DNA of 64,000 bases, from NCBI GenBank assembly GCA_951406725.2, contig OX597815.1:151838001-151902000 (forward strand). The letters are read 5' to 3'. Each line of letters opens with the position of its first letter. Position 1 is the first letter of the stretch. This document shows, one piece after another, positions 61,468 to 64,000 of this stretch. The translations under genes and the position numbers were made by a program. Below the pieces are notes generated by a model. It did not search any database. It worked only from the letters and a program-made list of their open reading frames with translations, and was not told the origin of the DNA. The DNA comes from Octopus vulgaris (taxonomy: Eukaryota).

Positions 61468-61596
61468 CTGATATACTGAACTGAATGATACGGTTACTGG
61501 TTCATTGAGGTTAGTTATCTGAATGTTAGGAATATTTGCGGAAATAATATGACTGGTACTTTTGTTATATTCTTTGGTAGAAGATGTTTGTATCAC
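61468..61596 (-). CDS. aGPCR GAIN subdomain B exon
   Basis: tttacag acceptor, GTAACA donor, 129 nt phase 0/0: VIQTSSTKEYNKSTSHIISANIPNIQITNLNEPVTVSFSSVYQ (IISA.I....I.NL.EPV motif). Confidence 0.85.
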
Positions 61597-61849
61597 CTGT
61601 AAAGAGAAGTCATCAAATAAACTAATTTATCCAATAGAAGAGTTCAATGCATTTTTAAAGTATGAAACATCTGTGTTGTTGTAAACTGCTGTTCAAAGCT
61701 ATAAAGCCAGAACACAGTCCTTTTTTCTTTTCTGGCAAAATACACAACACAAATTCATGAAATTCCCCTCTAAATAGGAAATGGACTAGAAGAAGCCATT
61801 GCAGTCTTTAAATTTATTGAAATCATAAAGCAAATAAGATAATAATTAA

Positions 61850-63130
61850 AAAAAACATACAAAGTCAGAAACCCTGTGTACAAAACTATAATGCCAGGTT
61901 GAATAATGTTGCAAAAATGATGCAAAATGGGGAAATTATGATATATTTCAATGATATTCTCATGCAATACATCAACAATAGTGTGTCTGACCGTCACCTT
62001 TCTGAATTACTTAAAAAACATGTGATTTCAGGCTCTCAATCATCTTCTGCTGCAGACCAGTAAAAGATCTTTCCAGGCCTTCTTTATTGTCATTTTGAGT
62101 TCACCAACAGATGAATACTGTTTGCCTTCACTGTACACAACGTTCATGAGATAACCCCAGGCATTCTCTAGGGGATTAAAGTCAGGACTTCTTGCTGACC
62201 ATGTCATGACTTCAACCCCGATTGCATGAAGGATGTCTAGAGATGCCTTTGTTTTATGAATAGGAGCGTTGTCCTCTTGAAATATGAAGTTTTCTCCACA
62301 CAGCTTTCTTCCTTCTTTGTCGATGTCAGCTCCGTCCAACATATCGATGTATCACACAGCATTGAAATGGCCATCCTTGATGACAAGTGGCAGCTTCCCA
62401 GTGGCAGCTATTGCTCCCCATACCATAAGATCTCCTCCAATACATTTACCTGCCCAGTAATATTTATAACCGTCATCGCTGTCCAAATTCCATTTTTTCT
62501 CACCAGAGAACAGAACCCTGGTCCATTTACCATCCCACTGATGCGGCCTAGCAAACTTCAGTGTAACAGCTTTGTGGGAAGGGGACAATAACGGATGTCC
62601 TAACCACTTATATGGGTGGAAACCACGGTTCAAAATCAGTCTTCATATGGTGGATATCAAGGCTGATGTTTTGATTTTGAAAACAGAAGAGCAGCATGAC
62701 TTCTTCACAACTCTGACAATAACCCTTTCATCCTTTTCCGATATAGCCTTGGGAGGTCCACCAGCATGAACCTTGTAGTAGCTATCAGGATCTTCAGAAA
62801 ATTGTCCACTAGTGTTCTGCTTTGCTGAATCTTCTCGGCAATCTTCCGGTTACTCATTCCTTTCACTTTCAGAGCAAGGATCTTCTCTTGTTTAATTTCA
62901 GAAAGCTTTGTAGCTTTAGGCATACTGGAAATGTCATCTGGATCATGGGGAATATGATTGAGTTGAATATTTTCCAAAGGAATCTGGAATGGTAGCTTTA
63001 TAGTTTTGAAGAGTTGATATGCTAGGGATAAAACATCATGGTCATATAAGTGGTGTTCTTTGTTTCCAGTTTTGCATGAGGACATGTCTAGCCACAAGGA
63101 AAGACTACCTTGTTTGAAACAAGAGAGGCT
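61850..63130 (-). mobile_element. Degenerate Tc1/Tc3-like transposon
   Basis: MPKATKLSE...MSNRKIAEKI (HTH), VLFSGEKKWNLD, LMVWGAI, FQEDNAPIH, WSARSPDFNPLENAWG. Confidence 0.85.
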
Positions 63131-63239
63131 TATCAACTGGAAATCAGGCTCAAGGAATCCTGCCTAGCCTTTGCAAGCATAGAAAAATGAATCTTAAAAC
63201 AATGTTGACATTATATGCTTTTATATGTGCATGTGTGTG

Positions 63240-63275
<36 letters not shown>

Positions 63276-64000
63276 CCTGTGTGTGCCTGTACCTGTGTTA
63301 GTGTGAGAGAGGGAGAGAAAGAAAGAAAGAAAGAGAGTGTGGGGGAAAGTGAGTGTGTTTGTGTATGTGTGCATGTGTGTCTCAAAGAAATTTTTCTTAA
63401 GGGACTTGATGTGTTATAACGTAGGGTCCTAATGACAAAATATTATAACTTGACCTATTCTGCATTTGCATTTAATTCATAAATGTTATAAATATAATTA
63501 TTTTACTCTACAGCTGTATCAAGTGTATGTATTGATTGAATTTAAACCCAGCCAACTCCTGAATAAATCAGTGAATGTTTTGTTTGTTGATATATTTATA
63601 TTGGAACAAAGATCCTGAATAAACTAAGGATGTCTTGAGTATTTGTTGCTGTGGGGTCCAAAACAGACCAAAATTCAGATATCAATTGATTTGTTGATGT
63701 CACTTCTGAGTGAGATGTGTTTCTAACACACCAAGTCCCTTACAAGAGGGACAAGTGCTGTTCTGAGTTTGTATATGCATTATTAATGGTACACGTACAC
63801 ACACAGACACACACACACACACACATATACACCTTTCATCATTTTATCATTTGTCTTTTGCTTGTTTCAGTCATTAGTCCACAGCCAGGCACAGCACCTT
63901 AAGAATTCTTTGGTCAAAAAGTGCTGAGTTCTTAGTGTTGGCTACCTTGAAGAATTTTTGGTCAACGACTAAGTGGCTGAGTTCCTTAGTGTTGGGCCTC

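Larger units (their letters stand above)
44640..61596 (-). pseudogene. Adhesion GPCR (GAIN-GPS-7TM, ADGRG-like) partial gene, disrupted in this sequence
   Basis: Six GT-AG exons in the expected order and phases encoding GAIN-B, GPS and TM1-TM4; the TM3-TM4 exon has a length incompatible with the frame and an in-frame TAA; TM5-TM7 not found in the window; upstream exons lie beyond 64000. Confidence 0.8.

Overview
AT-rich, repeat-dense animal genomic DNA. The SINE, RTE, R4/Dong and MITE repertoire suggests an octopus or other coleoid cephalopod (inference, no database search). I reconstructed two spliced genes on the minus strand by hand. (1) A complete 3-exon, 118-aa secreted protein with 10 mature cysteines (SVWC/vWC-like) and an RGD motif: 18494-18404, 8048-7940, 7453-7297. 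(2) Six exons of an adhesion GPCR covering GAIN, GPS and TM1-TM4 (61596-44640), with a frameshift and stop in the TM3-TM4 exon; no TM5-TM7 exons were found in the window. The rest is mostly transposons: a young 5'-intact but 3'-truncated L1/Tx1 LINE with two open ORFs, a lightly mutated R4/Dong LINE, many RTE fragments, Tc1/mariner, hAT, piggyBac-type MITEs, a Helitron, several tRNA-SINE families and microsatellites. The most unexpected signal is a set of minimal type I hammerhead ribozyme motifs from about four repeat families (near 20.3, 31.2, 34.8, 36.6 and 58.5 kb), some in tandem plus inverted arrangements typical of Penelope pseudo-LTRs or retrozymes. Repeat boundaries are approximate (tens of bp). 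Exon and ribozyme coordinates were counted base by base.
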